A stretch of 64,000 nucleotides of DNA. Origin: a virus. A program made the position numbers and the translations under genes. Each line of letters opens with the position of its first letter. The first letter of the stretch is position 1. The notes beneath the pieces were generated by a model. It was not told the origin of the DNA, did no database searches, and saw nothing but the letters and a program-made list of their open reading frames with translations. Location of the stretch: the IMG/VR virus record IMGVR_UViG_3300046690_000348, positions 2,927-66,926 of that record; one strand, 5' to 3'. Positions 1 through 11,044 of this stretch are shown here, one piece after another.

Positions 1-298
1 GGGCGTGGCCGTCGCTTCCGCCGATCGTGATGTTGAGGCGTAGCTCGTGGGCGACGAGGCCGGGTGGGTCGATCTGGCGTGTCCCGGAGTAGAAGTTCTC
101 GAACGACATCCAGACGCCGACGCCTTGCTCGGCGTCGCCGAACTCGATGGTGCCCGGCGTGCAGTTCGTCGTGCGGATCCCCTCCGCTTCGATCTTGCCT
201 TCGGGGATGCGGGCGATGAGTTCGGCGCGCTGTTCCTTGTAGCCGAGTTGGGCGAACCGGGCGTGGCGTTCGGCGAGTGCGAGTTCAGCTTTGCTCAT
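1..298 (-). CDS. hypothetical phage protein (runs off window edge)
   Basis: Open frame from ATG at 298 (MSKAELALAERHARF...) to the edge; CATGAT -10-like box 6 nt upstream. Confidence 0.6.
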   Translation of the reverse strand, partial: MSKAELALAERHARFAQLGYKEQRAELIARIPEGKIEAEGIRTTNCTPGTIEFGDAEQGVGVWMSFENFYSGTRQIDPPGLVAHELRLNITIGGSDGHA

Positions 299-328
299 GC
301 CGCCATCATGCGCGATGGCGGCGACAGT

Positions 329-505
329 TCAGAGAACGAACCAGCCGACTGACACGAGGCAGAGGCCGAGCGCGATGAAGTTCCACTTAGGTGGGATCGC
401 GACGGCCATCGCCTGCAACACGAACACGATCGCGAAGATGATGGCGGCGATGAGAAAGAGGGCATCCGCGATGTCTGGATGTCCTTCGGATATGGCTGCA
501 AGCAT
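329..505 (-). CDS. small two-TM membrane protein
   Basis: GGAGGA SD before ATG at 505; two hydrophobic segments (ALFLIAAIIFAIVFVL; FIALGLCLVSVGWFVL). Confidence 0.7.
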   Translation of the reverse strand: MLAAISEGHPDIADALFLIAAIIFAIVFVLQAMAVAIPPKWNFIALGLCLVSVGWFVL

Positions 506-522
506 TGGGGTCCTCCCCCGGG

Positions 523-618
523 TCACTCGTCGGCGCCGTCGTCCTCGGTCTCGGTTTCCTCGTCGCCCTCGGGGGCGTCCTCGGTCTCGGTTTCCTCGGT
601 GTCAGGCACGTCGCTCAT
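523..618 (-). CDS. 31-aa highly acidic peptide with internal duplication
   Basis: MSDVPDTEETETEDAPEGDEETETEDDGADE; CACAAT 7 nt upstream of ATG; 23-bp direct repeat at 540-562 and 576-598. Confidence 0.5.
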   Translation of the reverse strand: MSDVPDTEETETEDAPEGDEETETEDDGADE

Positions 619-644
619 ACCCGGCATTGTGCCACATCGAACAC

Positions 645-2403
645 TCAGACGCGGTAGCTGTCGATCACGTCGGCCAGCTTGTCCTCGCCGTAGCGGCGCC
701 AAAGCCAGGCTTCGATGATGAGATCGTCGTCGGTCTTGACCATGTGGCGTGGCGTCCCCCACTTGTCCATGCTCAGCGGCCCGCAGACGTGCGAGATCAT
801 CCGGCGTGCTGCCCACTGGTCGAGTTGACGGTTCGAGCGATGGTCGACGTAGTAGGCGACCCCGGTGGCGAGACCGGCGGCGAGCGCCATAGCGTTGACG
901 ATGCGTCTCATGTCAGTTGGAGGGCCATTCCGGCACCTCGATGCCGAGCGCGTCGGCGAGCAGGGCGATGATCTCGGTGTCGGACAGACCGCCGCGTTCT
1001 TGGAGCCGCTCGAACGACTGGCTGAATCCCTGCCGGTTGTACTCGGCGGCGGCGGCTCGAACGATCGGCTCGGGGAGCGTGTCCGATGACTTGCCGTAGT
1101 CGCGGCGGTGCAACTGGATGCGGGCCTGCTTGCCTTCATAGCTCCCGAGGATGCCGTACCAGCGGCGCTTGTGCTGGTTCATGCGCGTCTCGGTCGGTGG
1201 CGCGCCCAGAGCGCAGTGGCGAGCCACGCGGCGAACAGGAGAAGCTCGGCGTAGAGCAGCGCGTGGCGGATCCGTTCCTCGTCCCAGAACGCGAGGCGGG
1301 CCAGCGCGATGCAGATGAAGATGACCACGCCGCGCGACACCTCGACAGTTCGGGAGAGCCAGCACTGCTTCATGGCTCGAACCGTGGTCCCCAGTTGAAC
1401 GGGGCGTCGACGTTGGCCTTGACGACCGCCGTCTGGTACAGGATGGCGTGTGCGAGCGCTTCCGCCGTGTAGAGCGTGAACCCACCGAACACGTCGAACT
1501 CGATCTTCAAGATCGGGTCCTCGCCCGGTTCGCCAGACCAGCGCAACCACACCCCGGCGACCGGGTCGCTGTCCTTCGGGAGGGGTGCGCTCATGGTTGG
1601 AGGTGCTCGTCAGCGATCACGCCGCGGTCGTAGCTCTCCCGGGCGGTCGGTTCGTCGGTGCGGGCGATCTTGTAGTGCTCATGCCACGAGGCGATGCGTT
1701 CGCCGTCGAAGTCGCCGATCACCTCGACGTTGATGGTGACCCCGTCGCCGTCGCCGACAATCATGTAGCTCGCGATGCGGGACGGATCGAGGCCGATGAC
1801 TTCGAGGACCTTGGTCGAGAACTCGAACGGGCTGCTCATTGCTTCCACTCTCCGACGATGCGCCACTGCGGGAACCGGGAGCGGACCGTTTCGAGGATCT
1901 GCATCATCTCCTCGTACGACTGCACCCGCGGGTCGAACTCGATCTTGAATGGTTGCTGCGTCCGGTCGGAGCCTTTCATCAAGATCATCACGGAGCGCTG
2001 ATGTTCCAACCCTTCGCAGATCTCGTCTATCGAACCTTGGATCTGGCCTGGTGTCATCCGAAGTCCCTCACTTTGATCTTCCTCACGTCGGCACCTGAAC
2101 GGCGGGACCGCCGCCACCGGCGTTGATGTCGGTGTGTACGTGTCGTTGGCCGGTCGGTTCGGAGCAACCCCGGACGGGGCACTCCCACGGAGCGATCCCG
2201 ATGTCGAGCGCGCCTTCGGGCAGGGTGACGCCGACGAACATGGTCTTGATCCCGGTGGCAGCGACGGGACCGTAGCGACCCCACAGGATCTTCTCCGCCC
2301 GGCGGGTCGCCTCCTCCATGCCGCCAGTGACGTTGAGGATCTCGGCGCCCCACACCTCGCCGTCGTCCATCTCAACGGTGACGCTCCACGTCGACTTGCT
2401 CAT
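645..2403 (-). other. cluster of 7 small coupled hypothetical CDS (645-911, 913-1182, 1179-1373, 1370-1594, 1591-1839, 1836-2057, 2083-2403)
   Basis: Head-to-tail minus-strand ORFs, most with ATGA overlaps; no recognisable motifs. Confidence 0.65.
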
Positions 2404-2894
2404 GGCGCCTCGCTCGTCGGCGGGATCGAGTTGCCGGTCGGCTGGTCGAACCGGTCGGCTTCGAGGATCGGAAGTCCGGCTTCGGTCGGCAGGTAGATCA
2501 CTTCATGGTCGGAGGTGCCGAGGTTCGTGATGTACAGGTAGCGCAGGTACGGCTCGGTCAGCGTGTTCGCGATGATCTCCTGCGCTTTGGCGGCGCCCTT
2601 CGCTCGTTCGACTTCCGCGCTGGCCTTCGCGGTCGCCTGGGTGATGGTGGACTTGGCGGCGTACACGGCGGCGTCGGATTCGGCGTGCTGCTTCGAGATG
2701 ACGCGCTGGTTCTCGATCTCGGCTTTGTGGAGGTTGACGGATGGCATCACCCACCGCCACGCCATGACCAATCCGCACAGGACGAGGAGGAGGCCGACGA
2801 CCACCCCAGCGATGCGCTTCGTCCAACGCCACGCGCTCGCGTCGGCTTCTTCGTAGCCCTTGAGTTTGCGGTACTCGCTGTCACTGATCTCCAC
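2400..2894 (-). CDS. membrane-anchored coiled-coil protein resembling the SPFH/band-7 C-terminus
   Basis: One TM helix, Ala-rich coiled coil, AEVERAKGAAKAQEII...YLRYL...VIYLPTEAGLPILEA; GAGGAG SD before GTG at 2894. Confidence 0.65.
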   Translation of the reverse strand: MEISDSEYRKLKGYEEADASAWRWTKRIAGVVVGLLLVLCGLVMAWRWVMPSVNLHKAEIENQRVISKQHAESDAAVYAAKSTITQATAKASAEVERAKGAAKAQEIIANTLTEPYLRYLYITNLGTSDHEVIYLPTEAGLPILEADRFDQPTGNSIPPTSEAP

Positions 2895-3909
2895 TGGTGG
2901 TCTCCTCTGTTGGGGGGATTCGTTGCCAGCCGACACGGACCATGTCCGAGTCGGTCAGGTGTTCGAGGCTGGCGCCGGGCGGCAGGAACACGATCAGCGG
3001 GACGTGGACCGCTGCCCGGTCGCTCTCGCGTTGCACGGTGTACTTGGTGTCACCGAGGGCGTTCTTGATGTGTACCTCGTCGCGGGCACGGGCGATCTCG
3101 GCGTAGTAGTCCATGACGCCATTGGAGATCTCCTGGCATTGCTCGGGGGAGAAGAAGTCTTGGCGGAACACGAGGATGTCGCCGCCCGACACCGGGCCGA
3201 GACGCTTCAAGATCTCGGGCAGATCCTTGAGGTGGTCGAACTCCACGAACTCGTCGCTCATCGGAGTTGGTCCTTGTATGCCTTGGCGCGCTCGGAGAGC
3301 GGGGAGTGGAAGTCGTCGTGGAGATCCTTGAAGTCGAAGAACACGATGGCTCCGCACCGGCCGCAGATGTCGGCCTGCTCGCACATCCCGCTCGGGCTGA
3401 TCTGGATCCGCAGCGCGTGCCACTGCTCGGTCATCACCCAGTCAGCCACAGCGCACCGGTTCCTCGGCGGGCATGACGCCGTTCCACGGGGCGATCGGTT
3501 CGCCCGTGGGGACGGGCTTGAGGTAGTCGTAGCCCTGCTCGCGCCAGAACAGGAACCCGGCGTGCGGGCGGAAACCCATGATTCGACCGGCTTCGCAGAA
3601 CGTGCATGGGCACGCTGCCATGTCCCAGTGTTGGGTCATGACCAGTTCGATCAGATCCCGTGGCTCGTTGACCTGCCACGGCTCGCGGTGCTCGCCGTTC
3701 ACGTGTTGCAGATCGCCTTGAACACGGCCGGGAACTCCTCGTTCATCGGGTCGGCGAGCGCGACGAGCCAGGCGGCGGTGCGGAGCGCGGCTGCTTTGTC
3801 CATCGGGCCGGGCGGGAACATGAACGAGAACGTCTGCTCCGGGTAGCCCGAGACGCCGAGGAAGAAGTCGTTGTGGGTGTCGATGTCCATGCGGTAACCG
3901 TAGTCCCAC
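2881..3909 (-). other. cluster of about 4 small hypothetical CDS (2881-3261, 3258-3449, 3442-~3690, 3699-~3890)
   Basis: Coupled minus-strand ORFs, two with CxxC pairs. Confidence 0.55.
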
Positions 3910-3921
3910 CCGGCGACATTC

Positions 3922-5481
3922 TCAGTTCCCGGGCGGGCGGGTCGCTCCCCGGGACGGGATGATGTCGGGTTGGCCGATCCGTTCACCGGCCATCGTCGCG
4001 GTCGTGGCCTTGACTCGCTTCATCGCCAACTCGCGGAGATCCATGAACGCCTCGGATGCGGCGTCGACCATGTCGTCGTGGGTGCCGGATGGGAACACGG
4101 CGGCTTCCTCGATGAACTCCTCCCACCACTCCGGGGTGACGTAGTCGTCCTTGATCTTGTCGTAGCGGCGGACGAGAAACACGTTCTCGGCTTCCTGCTG
4201 CGCTGCGAATGGTTGCGCTTTGAGTTCCTTCTTCTGGTCGGTGCGCAACGCCTTCGCGGGGTATCCGGCGAGGAGACGCTTCACGTAGTCCTCGGCGGTG
4301 CGCTTGCCGGTGGCGCCCGGTTCCTGTTCGAGACGGATCAACACACGCCCGCCGTACATCTCATGGTCCTTGCGGGCCGTCGACTTGATCAACTCCTCGA
4401 CGCCGAGCGACGAGAGGCGTTCGTGTTGGATGTCGAGGATGTAGAACTCGGAGCGGTCCGTGCGGCCCATCAGCACACCGGCGGTGTAGTCGCCGTCGTC
4501 GGCGGTCGACGCCAGGTCCCAGCGGCGCACCAGGTGAGTCATCCGGCCGATCGGGGCGGTGTCGGCCTTCTGCCACTTGAGGCGCTTGAAGATCTCGCCT
4601 TCGAGCGGCGCCGGGAGTTGCTGGTACATCCCGGCCCACTTGTACGGACCGGAGTCGATGCGGATGGAGTCGTAGTGCTCGGCGGAGAACCGTTCGGGCC
4701 ACAGGGATTCGCCGAGGTTCCGGCCGAGGAGATCGGTCGCCGGGTCGTCGCACAGGGCGGGGATGCGTAGCTGCGTCCACCGGTGCGCGCCCTCGGAGGC
4801 GAGGATGCGCCCGGTGAGGTCGTCCTCGTGCCAGCGGGTTTGGACGATGATCACGGTCGAGCCGGGCTGCAACCGGGTCATCGGGACGGCCCAGAACCAG
4901 TCCCACACGTCTTGGCGCACGGTCGGCGAGTGGGCTTCCTTGAACGAGCGGAACGGGTCGTCAACGATGATGATGTCGCCCGGGAGGCCGGTCATCGACC
5001 CTTCGATGCCGGACGTGCGCATCCCGCCACCGGCGGTTGTTTCCCACACGTCTCGGGCGTGGGCCAATGGTGAGATTTGGAGGAGGAGTTCGTCGCCGAA
5101 CTTCTCGACGGTGTCCTTCGTCGCTTTGCCCCACGACGCCGCGTAGCGGGCCTGGTATGAGCCGAGCAGGACGCGGACCTTGCCTTCGGTGAGGTGGTGC
5201 GCCCACGTCGGTGTCCACCGGGAGATCAGCATCGACTTGCCGGTCTGCGGTGGCTGGTTGACGATCAGCCTCCCGTTGCCTTGGGAGATCGTGTCGGCGA
5301 GGACGCGGCCGATGGCGCGGACGTGCGCCGGGCGCTGATAGGGGCCGGACATCTGGAACTCGCCGCCGAACCCTTCGGTCACGGGTTCGTGGCGGGTGAT
5401 GTGGGCGGCGGTCCGGTCCGGGGTCAGCCGCCAGCCGTGCTCTGCGAGATCCTCGGAGAGGATGACACCGGCGGTCGGCAT
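3922..5481 (-). CDS. terL: terminase large subunit
   Basis: Walker A PPQTGKS, Walker B IIIVDDP, QTRWHEDDL, YQQ.P, RNase H-like nuclease WDLAS...DYTAG and HDDMVDA. Confidence 0.95.
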   Translation of the reverse strand: MPTAGVILSEDLAEHGWRLTPDRTAAHITRHEPVTEGFGGEFQMSGPYQRPAHVRAIGRVLADTISQGNGRLIVNQPPQTGKSMLISRWTPTWAHHLTEGKVRVLLGSYQARYAASWGKATKDTVEKFGDELLLQISPLAHARDVWETTAGGGMRTSGIEGSMTGLPGDIIIVDDPFRSFKEAHSPTVRQDVWDWFWAVPMTRLQPGSTVIIVQTRWHEDDLTGRILASEGAHRWTQLRIPALCDDPATDLLGRNLGESLWPERFSAEHYDSIRIDSGPYKWAGMYQQLPAPLEGEIFKRLKWQKADTAPIGRMTHLVRRWDLASTADDGDYTAGVLMGRTDRSEFYILDIQHERLSSLGVEELIKSTARKDHEMYGGRVLIRLEQEPGATGKRTAEDYVKRLLAGYPAKALRTDQKKELKAQPFAAQQEAENVFLVRRYDKIKDDYVTPEWWEEFIEEAAVFPSGTHDDMVDAASEAFMDLRELAMKRVKATTATMAGERIGQPDIIPSRGATRPPGN

Positions 5482-5600
5482 TACATCACTGTAACCACAC
5501 CGCTGTGATCTGGGGTTACGTGACGGCTGCGCGCGGTGCGTGAGATCGTGTCGGTCTCGGCCCGGGGATCGGCGACACTTTCTTCACTCAGCGTGATGGT

Positions 5601-5634
5601 GCGCCGGTCCCTCCGACCACAGAGGGACCGGCGC
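5601..5634. terminator. 13-bp perfect hairpin (terminator-like or regulatory)
   Basis: gcgccggtccctc-N8-gagggaccggcgc in the intergenic region upstream of terL; no clear U-tract. Confidence 0.55.
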
Positions 5635-5898
5635 GGCCCCCGAACTGGCAACGAACGAGAGGATCGCCGGGGGCGAGCGTGAGATTACCCGATGGTGGAT
5701 GTCGTCAACCGAAGAACGCGACCAGGCCGAACGTGACGCCGATCGTGATTCCGATCGTGAACAGTCGGACCCGGGCGCGGTGGCTGAGCGGGTGTGGGTC
5801 GTTTCGTTCGAGGGCGTCGAACGCGCTGAGCGGTGTGCTCGTGTTCTCCATGATGACCTCCCTGCATTGGTCAACGTGGTGGTGGGGCGTAGCGGGTG

Positions 5899-6934
5899 CT
5901 ACGTCTTGGCCTCCTGGGTTCGGAGCAGCGCGAGCATGTCTCTCACCTGCTCGTGAGCCTTGTCGATGGTCTTGGCGAGGTTCATCTCGTCAGTCGAATA
6001 CTCGCGGCGGGTCGCTCCCGGGAGGTTGACGTCGCCGTAGATCACGTCATCAACATCGGCGAGCAACACCCGGACCTTGAGGAGAGCGTCGCGGGTCATG
6101 CGGTGAGCCTCTTGCGGATCTCGACGCCGAGCGGGCCGACCGCTGGGACGACGAAGTAGTGGACGTCGGAACGGACACACGGATCATGTCGGCATGGTTC
6201 GAGGGTGGCGGAGCCGTCGAGCCAGGCGTGGCGGACATGCCAGTGGTTCTCGATCGCTGCCTCGACCTGGATCGTCATGTCGATCTGGGTGCTGGCGTTC
6301 ACGTCGGTGCCTTCATGGCGGTCAGGCAGTCGGGGCAGGTGACGTTGGCGTGCCAGAACGTCATCGGAGCCGTCGACTTCGTGGTCTTGACTTCGGTGCC
6401 GCACTTGGCGATCTCGACGCCCTTGCGGCGTTCCTTCATCATGTGAGTGATCATGCGGTCATACCAGTGAGCCGATCGTTTCGTTGATCTCGCTGATCAT
6501 CGCGTCGACATCCGTGCCGATCCCGCTGGTGTTGAAGCACAAGCGTTCGGCGATGGTGTGGATGTTGGACAGCGAGTCGCGTAGCTGCGTGCGGAACTCC
6601 ACGAGTTCGCTCACCGAGAAGTCGAGGACGCGTTCCGGGCGGGTCGAACGGGGACGGTCGCCCAGGACGCCGCCCGCCTTGATCCGGGCGGCTTGGGCGC
6701 GTTGGAGGAGGTGTTCGGGGATCTCGCTCATTGGATGAGCGCTCCGATCTTGGCGTTGACCTTGTCGGTGAAAGCGTCGATCGCGGCGAGCGCCTCCGAG
6801 GCTGTCGCTGTGTCCTCGTCGTAGCCCATCGTGGCGAACGCTTCGAGGATTGCGAGGCGGGCGTTGCCGATGATGATGCGGCCTCGGATGAGTTCGGCGA
6901 GGTTCGGTTGGCTGGGTTCGGCGGGCAGACTCAT
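5899..6934 (-). other. cluster of small hypothetical CDS between terS and terL
   Basis: Coupled short minus-strand ORFs (e.g. 5899-~6099, 6459-~6731, 6728-6934). Confidence 0.55.
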
Positions 6935-7485
6935 TCGTCTCCCTTTCCTTCGAGCATGACCCGGTCGAGTTCGTCGGCCAGGTCGAGCAGTTGCGGGTGG
7001 GTGCGCAGCGCGGTGAGGATGTCCGCGCCGGTGGGGCCGTCGAGTTCGACATCGGTGCGGAGTTCGTCAATGGTGACGGCTTCGCCTCGGGCTTGGCGTT
7101 CGATCTTGATGCCGAGGTCGGCGAGCATCAGAGCTTCACGGACAGTGAGTTTCTCGATGTTGATCGCGCGTACCCGTTCGGCGGCGATGTCGAGCATCTG
7201 GAATCCGAGCGCGGCGTGACGGCGCCGCATGGCGTGAACGTTCTCTACCTGCTCGATCTGGTCTTGGCGGGCGAGGTAGTCATCCCACGATCCGACCCGG
7301 TCGGGCCAGTCGTACTGCTTCGAGTAGGTCGCCAACTGTCGCAGGTTCGTTGCAGTCGCGTTGCTGGCGAGCGCGCGCAGAGAGCGTTTGTGGGCGCCTT
7401 GGTTGCGGTAGTCGATGAACAGGGCGTAGGCCCGTGGGGTTTCGCCTGGGCGGCGGTCCCACGGGTCGAGTGCGTCGGGGGTCAT
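6931..7485 (-). CDS. putative terminase small subunit (HTH-type)
   Basis: WDRRPGETPRAYALF.DYRNQG..RSLRALA...YDWPDRV..WD pattern typical of phage TerS-like proteins; upstream of terL. Confidence 0.7.
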   Translation of the reverse strand: MTPDALDPWDRRPGETPRAYALFIDYRNQGAHKRSLRALASNATATNLRQLATYSKQYDWPDRVGSWDDYLARQDQIEQVENVHAMRRRHAALGFQMLDIAAERVRAINIEKLTVREALMLADLGIKIERQARGEAVTIDELRTDVELDGPTGADILTALRTHPQLLDLADELDRVMLEGKGDE

Positions 7486-7718
7486 GGTGTACCTGCCAGC
7501 CAGGAGATTGCTTCGCCGAGGTCGTCGGTGATGCGGGGTGGGACGGTGTTGCCGGATCCTTCGGCCATGCCGACAAGCCATGACATGTCCGAGATGAGCA
7601 GGACCACCCAGGAGCGGGCGGCGGCGGCTCGGTTGACGGCGGCGGCGGTTGCGTCGGCGCCTGCGTTCATTTCCCAGTCGTGCTGGTCCTGGTCTTGTTG
7701 ACGTTGGTCGTCGCTCAT
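7482..7718 (-). CDS. hypothetical protein
   Basis: TACACT -10 box 6 nt before ATG; coupled to terS. Confidence 0.55.
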   Translation of the reverse strand: MSDDQRQQDQDQHDWEMNAGADATAAAVNRAAAARSWVVLLISDMSWLVGMAEGSGNTVPPRITDDLGEAISWLAGTP

Positions 7719-8155
7719 GGTCGGAGTGTAGACCGATCAACCGCGGACGTGCGGGGATTAGTCGGGTGGCCGCGGGGTCGGCGTTCGATGCCGAGTTCCT
7801 CGTACGCCTCCACGATGAACCGCTCCCATAGGGCTGGGTAGTTCGCACGGACCCACGCGACCGCCTTGTGTTGCGTTCGGGTTTGGATCTTGAGGAGAGC
7901 GCCATCGCGGGCGTGACGGCGCTCCCGCAGGTCGGCGGATGCGGCAGCGGTGCAACCCGGGCAGCGACACCCGGCATTCCGGTACGTGTACGCCGAGACC
8001 CGTTTGCCTTCGATGTGATGGTCGCCGCGTTCGGCCTGTTCGGCCAGACGGGCAGCGCGGCGATGCTCGGGGGAGCAGAAGTACGGGACCGTGCCTGCGC
8101 TGCTTCGCCGGGGGAACGGCTCGCCGCACCAACGGCAGATCGCCTCACTTGGCAC
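7715..8155 (-). CDS. Zn-finger protein
   Basis: CRWC...FCSPEH and Y...GCRCPGC motifs. Confidence 0.65.
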   Translation of the reverse strand: MPSEAICRWCGEPFPRRSSAGTVPYFCSPEHRRAARLAEQAERGDHHIEGKRVSAYTYRNAGCRCPGCTAAASADLRERRHARDGALLKIQTRTQHKAVAWVRANYPALWERFIVEAYEELGIERRPRGHPTNPRTSAVDRSTLRP

Positions 8156-8666
8156 GGCTGACCTGGCAGTTTGGGCAGATGTCGCGGACGCCTTCCAGGA
8201 TCCAGCCGTACCACTCGGCCAGGTCGCGGCGGGTGTCGCGGGCCTGGACGCCTTCGACCGGGCCGATGTCCTCGCAGTCGTCGCATTGGATGCGGGTCAC
8301 CCGCTGGATGCTCACGACTCGATCACCGTGCCGTCCGGCAGGAGATGGATCACTTCGACAATCGCCCAGGTCCCCTTGTTCAACGCGAACCGCCACACGA
8401 ACGGGAGGCGTTGCATCAGCCGGTAGCGGCGCTCAACCAGCCGCTCGGTGACACACGAGTTCGTCATGGTCGTTCTCTCAGTTCGGCTTCGGTGAGATCC
8501 GTTCGTAGATTCCCGACAACCCAGGTCGCCATCAGCCACGCGATGAACGTCCCCGCGAAGAACCCGACGATGAACGCCCCATGCCACACGTTGCCGATCA
8601 CGACCACGACAGCGACGATCACCATCCAGAGCAGCAAGAGACCGAGGTGACGGCGGACCACATCCC

Positions 8667-8840
8667 TCATGGCTCACGCGTCCATTGCATCTCATCGACC
8701 GGGATCAGCCGATCCAGGAAGAAAGCGCACGCCTTGTTCACCAGGAAGTTGATCGACACGTCACGCGCCGCGGCCTCCTCGACCAGCCGTTCGTGCAGAT
8801 CCGGCTTCAACCGGATCGCCGTTGACGTCCGCGCCGTCAT
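8667..8840 (-). CDS. ribbon-helix-helix (Arc/HicB-like) DNA-binding protein
   Basis: Hand translation TSTAIRLKPDLHERLVEEAAARDVSINFLVNKA; ATGA overlaps on both sides. Confidence 0.75.
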   Translation of the reverse strand: MTARTSTAIRLKPDLHERLVEEAAARDVSINFLVNKACAFFLDRLIPVDEMQWTREP

Positions 8841-9466
8841 GGTGTCACCACGGCGACGAAGTGACGGCCGGGAACCGGCAACGGATCGAGGGTGATTGAG
8901 TGCGGCGTACCGTCAGCATCGACAAGCAGCGCCAGCCCTGTCCCGGTCGAGAGCAGCACGTAGCGGCTTGCGGGGCGCTCCACGGATTGAACATCGACCA
9001 CCGGCAGGACTTCTACGGTGGCGGCGGTAGACAGCAGCACAGAGCCGTCGTCGCATTCCTTGCCATCCCACACGCACTTGCCGGTCGCCTCGTTGAGGTA
9101 CTTGTGCCAGCACTCTGCTCGTATCTCGCAGGGTTCCCCGACAGCCGGATCGAACTCGATGTCGTACCCGTCAGGACCGTGATCCTGGAAGCGCACCGAA
9201 CGCTCAGGCACCCGCCAATGCGCCGGTTCGATCCAATCTCGACATGGGCCGAGATAGTCGTGGCCGTTCCCGGCTTCGACGCAGAGCGGGCACACGCCTT
9301 CGATGACGATGTAGACGGGCTGCGGGACACTGCCGAATCCGTCGCAGTCAACGCATCGGTAGCTTGGCGTGCTGCCCTCGCCGGTCCCACCGCATGTCTG
9401 GCAGGTCGGCCAGGTGGCGACAGCCGCCTCCCACTGGCGGTGTTCGTCGGCGTTGAGGAGGATCAT
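8837..9466 (-). CDS. Cys-rich protein with DnaJ-like CxxCxGxG zinc ribbons
   Basis: CQTCGGTG, CVDCDGFG, CPLC. Confidence 0.6.
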   Translation of the reverse strand: MILLNADEHRQWEAAVATWPTCQTCGGTGEGSTPSYRCVDCDGFGSVPQPVYIVIEGVCPLCVEAGNGHDYLGPCRDWIEPAHWRVPERSVRFQDHGPDGYDIEFDPAVGEPCEIRAECWHKYLNEATGKCVWDGKECDDGSVLLSTAATVEVLPVVDVQSVERPASRYVLLSTGTGLALLVDADGTPHSITLDPLPVPGRHFVAVVTP

Positions 9467-10486
9467 GGCGTCTCCTCGCCGTCATCGAACTCGAACACGG
9501 CGCAACCATTGATCCCGTTCATCAACGTGAACACGACCCCCGGGTAGCGTTCCTGCAACTCGGCTTTGATCGGGACGAACCGCTCCCGACTCGCCCCGAC
9601 ATCGACGCCGATGATCACACCAGTGCGCTTCATGGTGCGCTCCCAGGCGTGGGGACGTGGATCGCTACCCAGTCAGCGAGTGAAGCGATCAGCAGAGCGA
9701 GATCCTCCGTGTCGGAATCCCGGGCGCGACGCGCGACCATCACGGCGGCGTCTCGGATCAGTTCGAGTTCGGTCGGCACGCTCACCGGCCGACCGCCGGG
9801 GTCAGGACTTGAGTGCCTGCGTCACCATCTTCGACACGTCCGCGCGGGGCACACCGGTGCGCTGCGAGTACACGTCGATGAACGCCTGCTGAGAGTTGTC
9901 CACGAAGTCGGAATCGACCGTGTCCGGGAAATGGGCGACGATCGCCTTCCGCATCCCGTCGTTCCAGGCGGTGACGGTCTTGGGCTTGGTTGTCTTGGCT
10001 GTCTGCTTGGTAGGCATGACCCGCCAATACCCCGATGGTGAGGTAGTCACTCACGGGTCAATCCCGACTTGACGCATCGACTCGCGGTGATACTCGGCGA
10101 GATCAGCGAACTCAGGTCCGGCCGCTTCGAGCTTCGCCGCTATCCGACGACCCGATGCCCCGACCTCGTACATGAGGAGACGTAACAGATCCTTGTCGGC
10201 CTGCTCCATCATCGCCTCAGTGATTGCGTACCCGGCGTTGATCCTCATGGCGACACGTCCGGTTTCGTGAGGTGGACCTCGTTGCAGTCGAACGGGATGT
10301 GGTAAGCGCCGTTGTACATCGCCCACCCGAAGATGTGCATCAACTCGTGCAGTTGGAACCGTTGCCAACCGTCGTCGGCGATCATCGCGCGATACACGGT
10401 CGGGTCGAGGCCGAGGTTCTCGTGGTAGCTGTCAAACAGCTTCCAGCCCCAATCGGTCAACTCCACCCACACGTTGTCGTTGGTGT

Positions 10487-11044
10487 TCACACCGACACCT
10501 GTTTCATGTCGGCGGCGTGCTTGCGCCAGTTCTTCGTCCAGTCGTTCGCTACGCGATGGAGGTTGCCGAGCGGGGCCGGTTTGTACGTGAGCGCCCACGC
10601 CCCGTCGACGTAGCTCGCGGCGTGCGGCCAGCGTGGCGTCGGGAACCAGAGGGTCGAGGGGACGTTCATCTGCTTCGCCGGGCGCGAGAACTGGCCTGCG
10701 CTCCCGTCCACGAGAGTCAGCGCGCCGTCGACGTAGCAGAACACGACGAGATGCCCGGGGTACGAGCCGGTGTCGATGGTGCCGCCCTCCTCGACGCCGA
10801 CCGACCAGGCGGTGTCGGGCCACTCGGAAGTCGGGACCCCGCGGTCGAGGAGGAGGTAGCCCTCTTTGTTGATCGCCAACGCGTACGTCGGCTCGACCCA
10901 CGCCTGGAACCCGGCGTCGATCAACGCTACGAGGAGAACCTTCGAGGCGAGCACGCAGCAGTTCGGGAGCAATCCGAGGTCGCGGTCCTTGACAGCCTGC
11001 CAGCGGGCCAGGATCCGCGGGAACTCGACGGGTTGGTGGCTCAT
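10487..11044 (-). CDS. hypothetical protein, possible papain/transglutaminase-like fold
   Basis: NCCVLAS ... GHLVV ... LVDGSAGQF, ordered like a Cys-His-Asp triad. Confidence 0.5.
   Translation of the reverse strand: MSHQPVEFPRILARWQAVKDRDLGLLPNCCVLASKVLLVALIDAGFQAWVEPTYALAINKEGYLLLDRGVPTSEWPDTAWSVGVEEGGTIDTGSYPGHLVVFCYVDGALTLVDGSAGQFSRPAKQMNVPSTLWFPTPRWPHAASYVDGAWALTYKPAPLGNLHRVANDWTKNWRKHAADMKQVSV

Noticed and set aside
2400-2894. Full SPFH/band-7 membrane microdomain system
   Set aside because: Only TM plus coiled-coil tail is present; a common phage gene with no partner
3922-5481. Terminase displaced about 58 kb from the head genes
   Set aside because: On a circular map the minus strand runs terL, small genes, window edge, portal, protease, so this is probably a permutation or window effect
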